64,000 nucleotides of DNA from Psammoneis japonica (Eukaryota): NCBI GenBank assembly GCA_008632985.1, contig QPGO01000003.1:868001-932000 (forward strand). Direction: 5' to 3'. Positions within the stretch are counted from its first letter, which is position 1; each line of letters begins with the position of its first letter. A program made the position numbers and the translations under genes. This document shows positions 1 through 11,988 of this stretch, in pieces. The notes under the pieces are model-generated. The model ran no database searches, was not told where the DNA came from, and saw only the letters and a list, made by a program, of their open reading frames with translations.

Positions 1-2
1 GC

Positions 3-207
3 AATTCCAAATTGGTGCGCGTCATGGAGACACCAAGTCTCTTTGTACTGGAGCAACCGCTGTAAAAGCCCGAGCTACTCCTTTGTCTATGATGTGGCGT
101 CAATCATTAGTCGTCATCTAAAATCAATAATATGCTTATCAAGACGCTTCATCGGGAACGAACCATGTTGTACAGGCTTCTACCAATCCTTTTCGCCCAA
201 CTTGATG
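3..207 (+). repeat. Diverged ~205 bp duplicate of the Deg protease 3' end and downstream region (11808-12016)
   Basis: AATTCCAAATTGGTGCGCGTCATGGAGACACCAAGTCTCTTTG...CTACCAATCCTTTTCGCCCAACTTGATG occurs at both loci with scattered substitutions; TA sites are retained in both. Confidence 0.9.
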
Positions 208-374
208 AAAAGAAAATAGTTCAGCACTAGCTAGCCGTCACGCACTGCAAGTCATACTGTAATATCATTTTGTCTCTAATGTTGTTGCGTCTAGCTTGTG
301 TGCTTCTCTCGTCTATCAACGCCTTCATCCACAATACTGTTTGGAGCTCGTTGCCAACAAACATATAGCTGCTG

Positions 375-1354
375 TTGTTCAAGGGCTTCTTTTGAGCGAC
401 AATAAACCCCCAAACGATGTTCTTCTCTCCCAGATCGCGCCAGGTGCACAAGCCTGCTTTCATTTTTTCTTGAAAGGGTTTGGTAATGCCAAAGCCATCG
501 CCTTTGGCTTCTAGGACTTTGCATACCGTCCCAAGTGAGCCGACACATTGGTGGAAGCATTGGGCAAGGCTTCAAAGTTGGTAAATCCAGCTGCCTCCAT
601 GGCTGCTTTGTAGTTGGAAATGGTTCCCATTTTGGATGGGCCAATGCAATCATAAATGGGTTGCATCTCCTTTGGGTCAACCTCTTCCTGCTGCATGATG
701 TCAGAGAAGATCATAAATCCACCAGGTTTCACGGCACGAGCCACTTCCTTCATGGCTTGTTCTTGGCCTTTGGGTCCGACATGCAACAAGGCATCCATGC
801 CAATGACGAGATCACAACTCGCATTGGGCACGCTCTTCACTTCGAGATGGGATTCCTCATGAATGGCAATGTCCTTGTCACAACCCATTTCTGCATTCAT
901 CGACATGCCTTTTCACACATTTTGTTGGAAATGTCACAGCCAATCGTGCCAGATTGAAGGACACCGGCTTGCCACAAACGACACAGCAATCCACCACAGA
1001 GCCACATCCCACATCCAATGTCTTGACTTTGGCATTGTCAGGAAATTTGAATTTTGTCAGCTTGACAAATTCTTCCTCTTGGTGGATTTGAGCCTGAAAG
1101 ATTTGTTCCTGCAAGTCCTTCTGTTTGTCAGCATCGGTCAACAAATCACACCTGAAAAAGTTCGCGGTTGTTGCAACGACAACTCCAAATGTCAACAACA
1201 ACTGCTGAGCACACCAACAATGTCAGCAACTCATTGCCTTCCGAACATGCGTGTTGTCCCCCCAGATCCTGGTGCAAAACAATTGAGTGTCTTCCTTGTC
1301 ACAATGTTCTTTGGCCAAAGATGTGCCTTTGGTCCCTTGATCTTTCAACGACAT
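375..1354 (-). pseudogene. Glycine/sarcosine/dimethylglycine N-methyltransferase-like pseudogene (class I SAM methyltransferase)
   Basis: Fragments in several frames: MSLKDQGTKGTSLAKEHCDKEDTQLFCTRIWG, TLDVGCG (SAM motif I), DLVIGMDALLHV...ARAVKPGGFMIFSDIMQ, GLCTWRDLGEKNIVWGFIVAQK. Frameshifts and stops present. Probable Tyr to Cys changes (EHCD, LFCT). Confidence 0.75.
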
Positions 1355-3650
1355 GTTGGATGGATGCCGTTTGTCAGGGACACCAGCAGTTGAAGAGAGA
1401 ATCGAAGAGAAGATGTGTTGAAGAGCAAGTCTTAAAAAAATGCATTGAAGAGAAAGACCAGCTGTCGGACGGCACTTTGACAATTTCTCATTTTGTGGTT
1501 GTGTGGAATGCTTTGCCTTGTTGAGCAAGAAACCTTCTTCCAGTGTGCCTCAGACTGTTTCTGCCACCTCACCACTTTCTCTTCTGCCTTCCTTGATTGG
1601 ATTTTGGCTTCATTGCTGCCTCCTTTTCCTTCTCTGTTCCCTTCCGGTTTCCCTCACTTCCTTCTGATCTCTGGCTGGCAGCTCTCAGTTGTTTGGTTGT
1701 GTGGGTGCAAGCATGAGGAAAATGTCACTGACATGCTCAAAATACAAAACATGCAAACACCCCCAACTCATGTTGTGCTCGAGTGCCGCAAACATGCAAG
1801 GGGCCCAAAACACTCTGCAGAACATGAAGAATCCAAAAAGAACCCTTGCATGATGGTGGAGCATGCACAACATGAAACAGGGGTGTCTTGAAAACAAATG
1901 TTTGATGCATCATTGACGTTTCGTGTTAGAACAATGTGCACATTTTATGGAAATTTGCAAAAATCAGGCTCGACCTTCAATTTTCGAATCGCCAAAAAGA
2001 GATGAAGACAACAGAATGTCGCTTGACACACAAGGTGAGTTTGCCATTTTCATTGTTTGTGTTGAGTGTGTCATGCTTGACAATGCGGAATGTTGGTGGT
2101 TGTCGAGGAGGTGCGCTTTGCAACTGTTTTGAGTGTGCCAATGCCAGCGAATGTGCCAATGACATTTTTCTCTTGTGCAATGCATGGCCACACTTGTTTT
2201 CAGGGTTCTTAAATTGCAGAATGTGATCATGACATTGACCACAAATGATCACCAGATCTGATGTTTGATGATTGTAAAAGGCGTTTGTCAGACAGGAACA
2301 TTCTGATTGCAAGTGCCGTTGTCACAGTTGCAATTGCAATTGTTTGCAATCATTGTATGAGCTCTTTTTGAGAGCCAAGCAAGAGAATTTGGAATGTGGA
2401 ATCTTGCGTCAGGCACGTGCGCATCACATTTTTTGGAGGCACCACACCACCGCCGCTCTTTTTGGATGCCACGCAGTCTCCAGCTGCTGGCACTGTCTCG
2501 TTTTCGCATTGCACCTCTCAAGAAAAGAGAAACCAGAGAGACAGAAAAAAGCAATTGCCGCTCCTCATTTTGCCTCTCCTTGCAACAATTGCATCTTGGG
2601 ACAAGGTGGTGGAAAAGAGACAACTGCATCACAAGTGAAGCCACTGCTGCCAGCTTTCTGTGTGCGTGTTTCCAGTGTCATCTTAGACACTGTCTTTCAG
2701 GTCACCATCAAGGTCCAAATTGATGCTGCAAATGCACCCAGATCGTGCACTGCAGGCTCTGTTTTTCTTTGCCTGTGATGAGCATTTCTCCTGCATGGAG
2801 GGGGTGCTCCCACGTGGAGGGTGGCATTGCAATGTGATGATTGTGATGGAAGTGTGATTGCCAAATCAGCACATTCACAACTTTTTTACAATGACACACT
2901 CATGATTTCTTTGCAATGCAGCACATTTTTATAAACTGATTGTGACAGAAAATTCTGAACCCTGCTTGTTTTGGATCTTTCTCCACTCATCCGTCCATCA
3001 TCCGTTCGTGCGTGCAAACACGCTGTGCTGCAGTTGTCATGCGTGTGCTGGATTGCATTGTGGAGCAGCCAGTTTGGTGAGGGATGCATGACAACTGGCT
3101 GGCTGCAATCATCCAGATCATCCAATGCATGGTGCAGCATTCCCCAATCATCACCCAAACAGAGCTGCCGTGCAGTGCATTCCCCACAGGGCTGAGTTGA
3201 GTGAAGGTCATGTTTGAGCTTGGAGTTTGTGGTGCCGCCAGGCACAAAATGGCATCGTTGCATCCAGGCCCAACATCAAGGGAAAGTCATAAACCAGGTC
3301 ATTGTCACTCCAGCTTCTGGCGTTGTTGTGTTGACAAGGTTTGGCATCGTGAGATCCTACAACAGAGCATCCAACTGGCGCATTGCGAGGCCCGCACTCA
3401 ACCATGTGCAACTTGCGAACCGATTCCTCCGCAAGTGCAAACCACAGGAAGATGCCAGTGTGTCTGACCTGTTTGTCCCTTGTGCCAAAGAGTGCAAAGC
3501 CACCAATCCTGATGGCTCCATCAGAGAGAGGCAACTCCATTTGGCCAATGTTGAGGCCATTTTGGACCCTGTTGCCGTCATTCCAGAGGTTGGTTCTGAG
3601 AACAAGATGCGATGCTTGCATGTGAAGAAGTCTCAAGATCAGTTGGATGT
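716..3650. other. TA-depleted tract 1 (eroded pseudogene plus degenerate repeat DNA)
   Basis: No TA seen between 716 and 1432 and very few after that; TG/CA-rich; ORFs are Cys/His-rich and Tyr-poor. Boundaries approximate. Confidence 0.85.
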
Positions 3651-3732
3651 AGAGGATTTGCCTTTCCTCGAGGAAATGCCCAGTCCACCTTTAGCTCCAG
3701 AAGATTCATTCTTTGGGACTATTGGGATCTGA
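3214..3732 (+). pseudogene. Degenerate ORF remnant, possibly the C-terminus of a transposon-encoded protein
   Basis: 172 aa frame with the segment RQLHLANVEAILDPVAVIPEVG; lies in eroded DNA; family assignment uncertain. Confidence 0.3.
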
Positions 3733-4345
3733 GAATTTTAATTAAGACGAAGGAAGATCTTCTTCATCTGGCGGAATTGCACCATGTTCGAGTGAACACT
3801 GTAGTGAATGGACTCCACAACAACAGGAACCCCGGTCAAACAACATTGCAACAGAATTGCTGCAGCTCTGGCTCTCTGACTGAACAACAACGCTACAAAA
3901 TCACACCTTTGCACAAGTCCGTGGAGGATTGGATCGAAAAAAACTTGGAGCAAACCACTCATTTGTGACATGTGCAGGGCGAGATTTAGCTACATGTTCT
4001 CCTTACTGTACCGGTTGGAGGATCATTTTCCCCGTTGTTGTTGCACGTTACGGAGCAGTCAACAACGCTAGTATTGATTAATCTTCAGGTGCACCATTCT
4101 CACACCACACCGTCGAGGATTACGTACTTCGAGCAAAAAACAAAGTATTGTTGACGAGTAATTCGGCAGCCAGTGCCATGGCAAGGACGAGGTCGTCTGC
4201 GGTCGGCGATTGTCTTCTCCCAATCAAGCGAGTCCAGCAGTCTAAGCCAGTCACTCTCCTCCATTGTCCCAAACGACGACAAGAACAAGGTGAGCTAGGT
4301 CTATGTCTATTTAAAATGAGGTATCCGCATATACCCCTTTACTTT

Positions 4346-5911
4346 TTACTGTCTATTCATCATAGTGAACGATTCAAGATCAATTGCGACGAGCCTCTCT
4401 GACCCAGTCTTTTCGTCAAAAATGAAAATCATATTGCCGTCGGCCGCATCTTCGTGGCGAAAGCCGTATTCATTCTCCAATGCGGACAACACGTTGTTCC
4501 GTTGAGAAACATCATCTCCTGGTCCTGGTTCTCGTCCTAGCTGTAGGCCAATAAACTTGATCCAACCCGCCCAAGATTCGGAAACAAACAGCGGTGTGGG
4601 CACCAACGAGCCCCAAGCATCCCGCAATGCTTCGTAGGCTTGAACTTCCTTCTCGAAGTATTCATAACCATCCTTTCCAACATCGAACTGCTTCAGGGCA
4701 ACTTTCTGGCCGTGCCAATTGGCCAAGAACACAACTCCATTGCGACCATACCCCAGAGTTCCGACAATCTCAACATGGTCAATCGGTGTCTCGGGCAAAG
4801 AGCATGTATTACCTTGTTTCTCGGAGGTTGCAGACATTTCATCATTGGAGTCTTCGCTCTCGTTACCTTCAGGGATTGCACCAGCAGAGAGTAATCCACC
4901 ACGAGTGCCTTTGGCTTCGGGTGTTCGTTTATCCTTGCTGGTCAATCTCCATTGAAGGTTGGTATTGCCCAGTACCCCCGACTGCCCGGACGCCAAAGAG
5001 TCCATGTAAGCCCATGCCCGCAAGAAATTCGGCTGGCCAACAAACATGGGGTCGCTGACGCGAACTATGGCATCAGCGCCGTCTCCTTCAATGAAGATGA
5101 AATAGGAACGCGTCGCCGACGACAAAACCCCATACCGTCGACCATTTTCGACCAGGTAGCCAAGAGTTTGCCCGATCGGATGACAAACCCTAGACCAATC
5201 GGGCGTTCGCCCGCATCTGGCAACCACAACATCATGGTATGCTTGGTTGTATGCATCACAAACACCCTTGGAGGTCATAGGCAAGGGAAGGTTGTGTGTC
5301 GACTTGAACTCGACAATGAGTCCAATGTCACTGGGACCAGGATATTCAGCATCGGTCGTCAAAGTTAGAGCGTCCGGTTTGCCAACTCCTCCCCGAGTCG
5401 TAACTGGCCCGATGACACCGGCTAACATCAATGATTTCTTCAAAACCAAAAGCAAGTGGGTTTGCTCTTCATTCTCATCGGAAAGAGCAATCGGTGGCGT
5501 CGTTTGTTCAAGGGAGAAGGCGAAGATATCTGAACGTTTCGGATTAAGAACTTTGTGTTGGGGTTGGAATGCCGCAACTCGCTCGAGGAAACCAGCCCAT
5601 TCAGAAATCGCTGAAGGGTAACGCCTTCCTTTTCGAGCTTCCTTGAACTGCGAGCGAGAACTCACAGAAGCTGCCCCTAAATTAGGTACCATAACGCGCT
5701 GCTGTAAAAGCAACTCTGTTGTTGTTACTTGTGGCGGATCAACGTCATCGTAATGGCGAAGGATGGCGAGATATTTGTTGCTCCAGTTTTCACGCTCGGT
5801 CTTTTCCGCCGGAGTCAAGGAACGCTCTGGCAGATCCACTAAAGCCCTCAAATCAGTGTCAAAGACTCTCCCGCCATTCGTTTCCTTGTCAAAGTGATCG
5901 TAGTAGCTCAT
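4346..5911 (-). CDS. PD-(D/E)xK nuclease-like domain fused to a C-terminal protein-kinase-like domain (Crinkler-related REase+kinase architecture)
   Basis: 521 aa intact ORF. GKPDA...LIVEFKS...IGQTLGYLVENGRRYGVLS is REase-like; LGYGRNGVVF, VALK, RHEDAADGN and AIDLE are kinase-like. Confidence 0.75.
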   Translation of the reverse strand: MSYYDHFDKETNGGRVFDTDLRALVDLPERSLTPAEKTERENWSNKYLAILRHYDDVDPPQVTTTELLLQQRVMVPNLGAASVSSRSQFKEARKGRRYPSAISEWAGFLERVAAFQPQHKVLNPKRSDIFAFSLEQTTPPIALSDENEEQTHLLLVLKKSLMLAGVIGPVTTRGGVGKPDALTLTTDAEYPGPSDIGLIVEFKSTHNLPLPMTSKGVCDAYNQAYHDVVVARCGRTPDWSRVCHPIGQTLGYLVENGRRYGVLSSATRSYFIFIEGDGADAIVRVSDPMFVGQPNFLRAWAYMDSLASGQSGVLGNTNLQWRLTSKDKRTPEAKGTRGGLLSAGAIPEGNESEDSNDEMSATSEKQGNTCSLPETPIDHVEIVGTLGYGRNGVVFLANWHGQKVALKQFDVGKDGYEYFEKEVQAYEALRDAWGSLVPTPLFVSESWAGWIKFIGLQLGREPGPGDDVSQRNNVLSALENEYGFRHEDAADGNMIFIFDEKTGSERLVAIDLESFTMMNRQ

Positions 5912-8592
5912 AGCTGCGTTCTAGCTAGTCAGCAGTGGTTGATGTTCTGTTGTTGCTGTGCTGCTGCAGCAGCGCTGCGGCGGGGTACAGTCGTTTCAGG
6001 CATCCGTTGAAAATGCGCGCGTGCATGCAAACGCGAAAATTCCAACAGTCACTGCGGGAGTTTTTGACATGCCCTTGCGCGCAGAAATCTCCAAGACGAA
6101 AAGTGAGAAAACACGTGGGTTTCTACGCATTTCTGGTACAAAAAAGCAATGCATGGCTCCGCGGACAGCGGATCGCCAACCAACACTGATGACACCCAAC
6201 ATGCCATCTCTTACTTTCGGTCGATTGTTGTCGTTGTCGTCCAAAAGCACCTTCAGCCATGACATCCCAGCGGTCTGATGCAACAGAAGTTCAGGAACCA
6301 CGTGTGTTTGATCTTGGAGCTCTCGCAGTGCAGCACCCTCAGGGTGAAATCATGCCGGGCATCAAGCGACTGAAGAAGTCAGATTTCGTTGAGGTTGTGC
6401 TCCCGTCTACAGAAGAACTGGATGTTGGATGTCATCCCTGTCTGTCTCAGCATCAAGGCATGGACTCCCGAGAAGGAAAAGCCAAATCGGGTGAAAAGGA
6501 GCAAACAACCCAGCACACATGAGTGCACTGTGGAGCACCCGACTGGCAGCAGTGGACACAGCGGAATGACTGGCAGGAGCTGGCAGCTCAATCTAGGATC
6601 CTCGTTCCATTCCCTCAAAAGAGAGGTTGAAAGAATCCTGGAGATGGAGGATCATGAGCAGAAAGGTGATTTAAGTGCGTCGAAGAGCCCGCGGATGAGA
6701 ACAGCGAAACACTCTCCACTTGACGGCACCACCAAACAAAGGTTTCGGAGAAGTTTTTCTCAGCTTAGTTGCAACAAAGCTGCTCCAATCTCTCAATCTG
6801 GGTGACTTCAGTGAGCTCAGAACTCAATGTCATTGGCAGCGACGTGTGCTTGCATGCAGGAGCATTGACCTCAGCGACTCGATGAAGCTTCCTTGAACAC
6901 TCCAATTCGGCTTGACCAAAAGTTGACAAGCTTGTCATCTTGGAAACAACACGAGACAAACGCAACTGGCATTCATGTCAAATTCTTTCCACTTTTGATC
7001 ACTGGCTTGGACAATCTGATGACACAAGATGGGGGTGCCAAATCATTCAGCCGGCACTGCACAGTGTGCCGACTGCCACGTTGGCCAATGTCAATTGGCT
7101 GGGTGAGGCAGCAAAAGTCAAAAGCAATCCACCATTGTTCTTGCAATGCAGATGTCATTCAATGTTAGGACTGGAATTGTTCTAAATGCAAAATGCTCAT
7201 GGTGAACAGGCCAGGCATTGCAGCATGTGGATGAAGCCTCTCAAGCAAAACAGCAGTGATGTGGTTTTTGATGACAACGAGATTGTGCAAGGACAAGGAC
7301 CTGTTTGACCAAAAAGCTGCATCAACAAACAAGTTCCACACATTTGTTCTAGATGCCACTGAATGATTGCCTTCATTTGCAACCACAAAGAGGAGCCGCC
7401 ATCCTTTCCAATGTGTTGACAAAGCCGTTCCGTGATGCCAATGCTCACCTGACAAACGAAGTTGTCCAAGCGGACTTGTGCGATTGTGTCCTGCTGTGTG
7501 GACTTTCACAATCAACTCCGAAAAGGCCAAAATCACCGCCACCAATGCAGTGGTGATTTCCATCAACATGGCAGTGCTTCCCACAACAGCGCAGCTGGTT
7601 TTTCTTCCATCAGACCCACTCGCAATGGCTTGGATGTGACATGCATCGCCTCGGAGGTGGGGCCCAGGTCGGAGGTTGTTTTTGGTTGTCAGTGGTGAGC
7701 ATGCTGTAAAAATTGACTCTCTTTGCACCAGAAACATGTGGGAAGGCAACCGGCACATTCTTCCTTGTTTTTGACTTCAAGATTCTGAGCGAGGGCGCGA
7801 AGAAAAACTCGTGCAGTGACACTGGATTTTTGGGGTGTGTGTCGCGCAATTTTCAACGGATGGCTGAAACGACTGCAAGCTGGCTGCTTCTGGCTAGCCA
7901 GCTGTGGTGCTCCATGCTGCAGCCAAAATGCCGTGCAATGCATGCACACCAGCGAATCTCAATGTGTCGCATCACAGGGAAGTCTGGAAATGTCTGTCCT
8001 TTGCAGGTTCTTCCGCGAGCTTTGCACAACAACTGGCTCTTGCACATCACTCGAGGAAAAACTGGTTCTTGCATGAACATTCGTGCAACAAACTGTGTTT
8101 TTGTGCAAAGCTCACACAAAAACCCTGCAGAAATTGCACCAGGTTCTACATGGGTCATGCAACACCCAAGGTTTTTGCATGAACCTCGTGGAACAACTGA
8201 CTCTTGCGCGATCACTCAAGGAACAACTGGCGCTTGCACAACAGGCAGTTGAGCAATGCTCAGAGGATCCAGAGAGTCTGAGGGGACCGTGGACTTGTGG
8301 ACTTTGGAAGATTTTTGCAGCTGTTCCACCACTGGAAACATGACAAAACACCCTCTGAGGGCGCGCAGCCCCGTGGCACAGAGAACCCCAAGCATTTCCC
8401 AACAGCCTGAGTGATCAATGCACAGGCCAAACAGAGTGATGTGCACATGTGCAACCGGCTCACCAGTTCAAGGACACTGAAACATCCCTCCGACAAAGGC
8501 CTCAGCTAACTTCCTTCCAAGCAGGTTTGGAGCAACTCCCCAAATCCTTGACACTCTCACAATCAGGCCACTGCCATTCTGCTTCGACCACC

Positions 8593-11361
8593 ATGGGTGA
8601 AGGTGAAGACATTGAGAGACTTGCTCTGGCTGCAATCACTCGTGCAGAAGATGAGGAGTTCAAATCATTGCAAGACCTGAGGGACAATGAAGCAGCCAGC
8701 AACAAGACGGAACCAGCTGGTGTCCAACAGTTCAATCTCTTTGTCAAGAAGCACTGTGATTCCAAGGGAATCAATGGTTGCAAAAGTTTTGATCCGATTG
8801 CCAAGGCTGAGCAGCTTCCATGTGAAGGGTTGTGTGTCTCCCATGATGAGTCGATGAATCCCAATCACCAACACTGGCGGTCAGATTGTTTTGGCTCCTT
8901 TTTCAATTGTCTTGCCTGTGATGCATGCAACTGGAAGAGCCAGAAGACCAAAGTCCTTGTGGGGCATGAGGTGGCGACCGGTTGCAGCACCAGCACAATG
9001 AAAGCATGCTTCATGAGGAAGTTCCACAGCAAGCAACCCCTCTTCATTTTGGCAAGGAGGAATGGTCTCCACTTCACAGCCTGTTGCTCAAGAAATTCAA
9101 GGAACGAGCAAAGCGGGCTGGTCAACGTGTCTCCAAACCCAAAGAAACTTTGACGTCTGCCGATTGACAAGCCACAGCCACAGGCAGTTTCTTGTGTGGC
9201 ACTGCGGACACCACGGAATTCTGTGGAGTGAATGCAACGACACTCCATTTGGTTGGAAGATGACCTGCATCTCACTGATGTTCCCTCCAATGCACGTGGA
9301 TGTTTGCTGTCTGTGTTGCTGCAATGCGATGAGGGAGGGGATCCACAGGAGTTGCACCCCCTCACAAAGATGCACTTGAGGAAGACGTGCATTTTGGCTT
9401 GGCGTGTCATGCCTGGTTGTTGACGGTTGTGGCAAACCCGGCATCTTTCCAAGGTTTTCTAAGGTGGCTTCCTTTGTCAACAAAAATGACAAGACAGAGT
9501 CCCGTGTGTCCATGGTTTGGAAGCAGTTCTTTGCACCCATTGGAAAACAACACAGTGCTCTGGCAGCTGCAGCAGAATCAGCCCACGGCCTCAATCTGAA
9601 TTTGACCTCTTGCCAGGGGAGGAGAGGTGCAAGCCAGCTGCTGGCTGAAAGCAATTCAGCAAGTGGGCTGCCCCAGTGCAGCATGCATGCAGACAAAAGG
9701 TCATTTTTGTTGCGCCCTTTGTGACATTTGAAGGCTGCAACACGTCGCCGTGACACATTGACTCTTGTCAGTGGCTGCACACTGCACTCCTCCCCATGTG
9801 TCATGCATCCGTGCGGCTCTTCACTAACATGTGCTGACACTGCACGGTTTTGGCAGAACAGTGTGGGCACGTGCGAAGGAACACACAGAACTGCACAGAG
9901 TTTTGCGCGTTCGACAGTGATCAACGTTGCTGCAGACAACTCCCACTCAGGGTTTCGAACCCCTGGCCTCCTGCCTGATGGTTGCGATGAACCACTCCGC
10001 TGTGAATTCACAACGCAGCATGCATGCAGACAAAAGGTCATTTTTGTCACGCCCTTTGTGACATTTAAAGGCTGCAACACGTCGCCGTGGTGCATTGACT
10101 CTCACCAGTGGCTGTGTGTTGCACCAGGTCATGCACATGGGGTGGAATCCAAGCAGCACCCTTGCCCTCTTTAAACACGTCATCAGTTCAAAGGCCCCAA
10201 CCAACAGCGCTGGCAAGACATTGGCGGGTTGGCATTGCAATGATGGCAGATTGCCCCCTGTGTTGGCATCCATTTGAAGTCACCCAGAGCAAGTGCAAGG
10301 TTTCATCCAGGCCTTGTTCAGTGGTGACATCAATGATCAGTGGCCCACAATCATGATGAGGGACATCTTGGCCGCATCCCTTCTCTGCCATTGTGCCGAC
10401 TTCATCCTCATCATCAAGTGACATCCGGAAGGACTCTACAAGGATGACTCTTGTCATCCATTTGTCCACAAGATTCAGAAAGCCACGGGCATTGCAGGTG
10501 TGCCCCAAGACACATTTGCCACCTGGTGCAGAGAAGTCCGGGAAGGTTTTGCACAGGACAACTTCCAGGCTCTGCTGATCAACCTCTTGTCACGCAACAT
10601 GGCTCATGACACAAAAGCAGATCCACGCTGTTTGTTCAGCTGTTTCAACAAGATGTGTGCAGCCGTCAACAGCTTGCATGCCCAGAAGATGAGCGCCAAC
10701 AAAGAGAATGGACTGCTCTGCCTTGGTGTGGTTGATCTCATTCACACAACCCGGACTTTGCAAGCACAAGCAGCAGAGCTGAAAGACCAGGTTTCCCGCC
10801 AAGCAGACCTCCTTGAAATTGAGTTCAACAAAAAACCAAAAGAGGTGGTTGAAGCACCCCCTGAGAAGATCATGTTGTTCTCAGACTCTGTGAAACACTG
10901 GAGCAACAACTTCTCCTTGGAGGATGTCTTCTTCCATTTCTTCAAGCAAGGGTCAATGCATTGAAGGGTGTGACCACAAGAAAAGCACACCTGAGTGTAA
11001 GAAGAAACTGCCCAGTGAGCAAAAGAAGATCACAGGCAAGTGTGAGCATTTGAAGCATGCAATGAAGGTCCTCCTCTGCTTCTGTGACAGCTGTCCAAAG
11101 CCCGCACCTCAAGAACCCGGAAGTCTCCCCGCCTGGCACCGTGATCTCTCATCCATGGTGAAACAGGCTGTCAGTGGTTCAGCAAAGTCGCTCCCAGACC
11201 CACCCAGCTGTGGGGTTGCCCCAGCCCATCTGATGAAAGCCACCATCGTCAAGGATTGGGATGATCCGGATGGCCCCAAAGCCAAACGCCTGCCCGAAGA
11301 CATGCCAGAAAGCGCCCCCACTCATTTCACCAAATGTGGCCCAGGTCAATTGGCAGTCTAA
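8593..11361 (+). mobile_element. Degenerate tyrosine-recombinase (CryptonS-like) element, interrupted by a TRIM
   Basis: After removing 9677-10123 the protein reads LTSCQGRRGASQLL...P/QVMHMGWNPSSTLALFKHVISS...AGKTLAGW. This resembles the HxxR...GW...Y box of stramenopile Crypton recombinases. Multiple frameshifts; ends not defined. Confidence 0.55.
9677..10123 (-). mobile_element. TRIM-like non-autonomous LTR element, copy A (447 bp)
   Basis: 110 bp direct terminal repeats at 9677-9786 and 10014-10123; element ends TG...CA; PPT GGGGAGGAG abuts the 3' repeat; 4 bp TSD CCAG (9673-9676 / 10124-10127). Confidence 0.9.
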
Positions 11362-11988
11362 AGCATTTGTTGTCTAATCTAATGTGAGTCATAAATTTAA
11401 TTGTGCAGCCATTGTGTCATCGAACTGCTGGGGACAACAAAATGTCTTTCACCAAGAGTGCACCACAGCCAGTCAAACAAAAACAGACAAGGTTGGGCAG
11501 CCCATGTCACCTGCCCAAGCGCTCTCTTCCCTTTTTCATGCATTTATTTAGCGTTCATCATTGTCATTTATCATTCATTGTAAGAGTTTGTTGATGATGA
11601 AACTGTCATCAATGGAGCAACACTCGGGCCTCTCTCCGCGTGGTTGCGAGCGAGCCGCAAAGTCATGAACGACAAAGACATTAACGTAAAATTTCTGGAA
11701 ACCACAGTACTGTAAAGTTGTTTGGACAGACTGTTATTCAAAAAGACATATCGGGCGGAGGCGTGTGGAAATACTTATTTATTGGAAAGGTTCAAGATAA
11801 AAATGGAAATTCCAAATTGGTGCGCGTCATGGAGACACCAAGTCTCTTTGTCCTGGAGCAGCCGCTGTAAAAGCCCGAGCTACTCCTTTGTGTATGATTT
11901 GGCGTCAATCATTAGTCGTCATCTAAAGTCTATAATGCGCTTTATCAAAGCGCTTTATCGGAAACGAACCATCGTGGTGTATAGGCTT

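Larger units (their letters stand above)
6190..11560. other. TA-depleted tract 2 (eroded gene relic ~6190-7640, Crypton-like relic, TRIM)
   Basis: Sparse TA, excess TG/CA, many short TGA-terminated Cys/His-rich ORFs in all frames. Confidence 0.85.

Noticed and set aside
8025..8245. Four ~20-30 bp related motifs (AACTGGCTCTTGCA-like) as a CRISPR-like array
   Set aside because: Degenerate, irregularly spaced, eukaryotic context, no cas genes; more likely subterminal repeats of the adjacent element.
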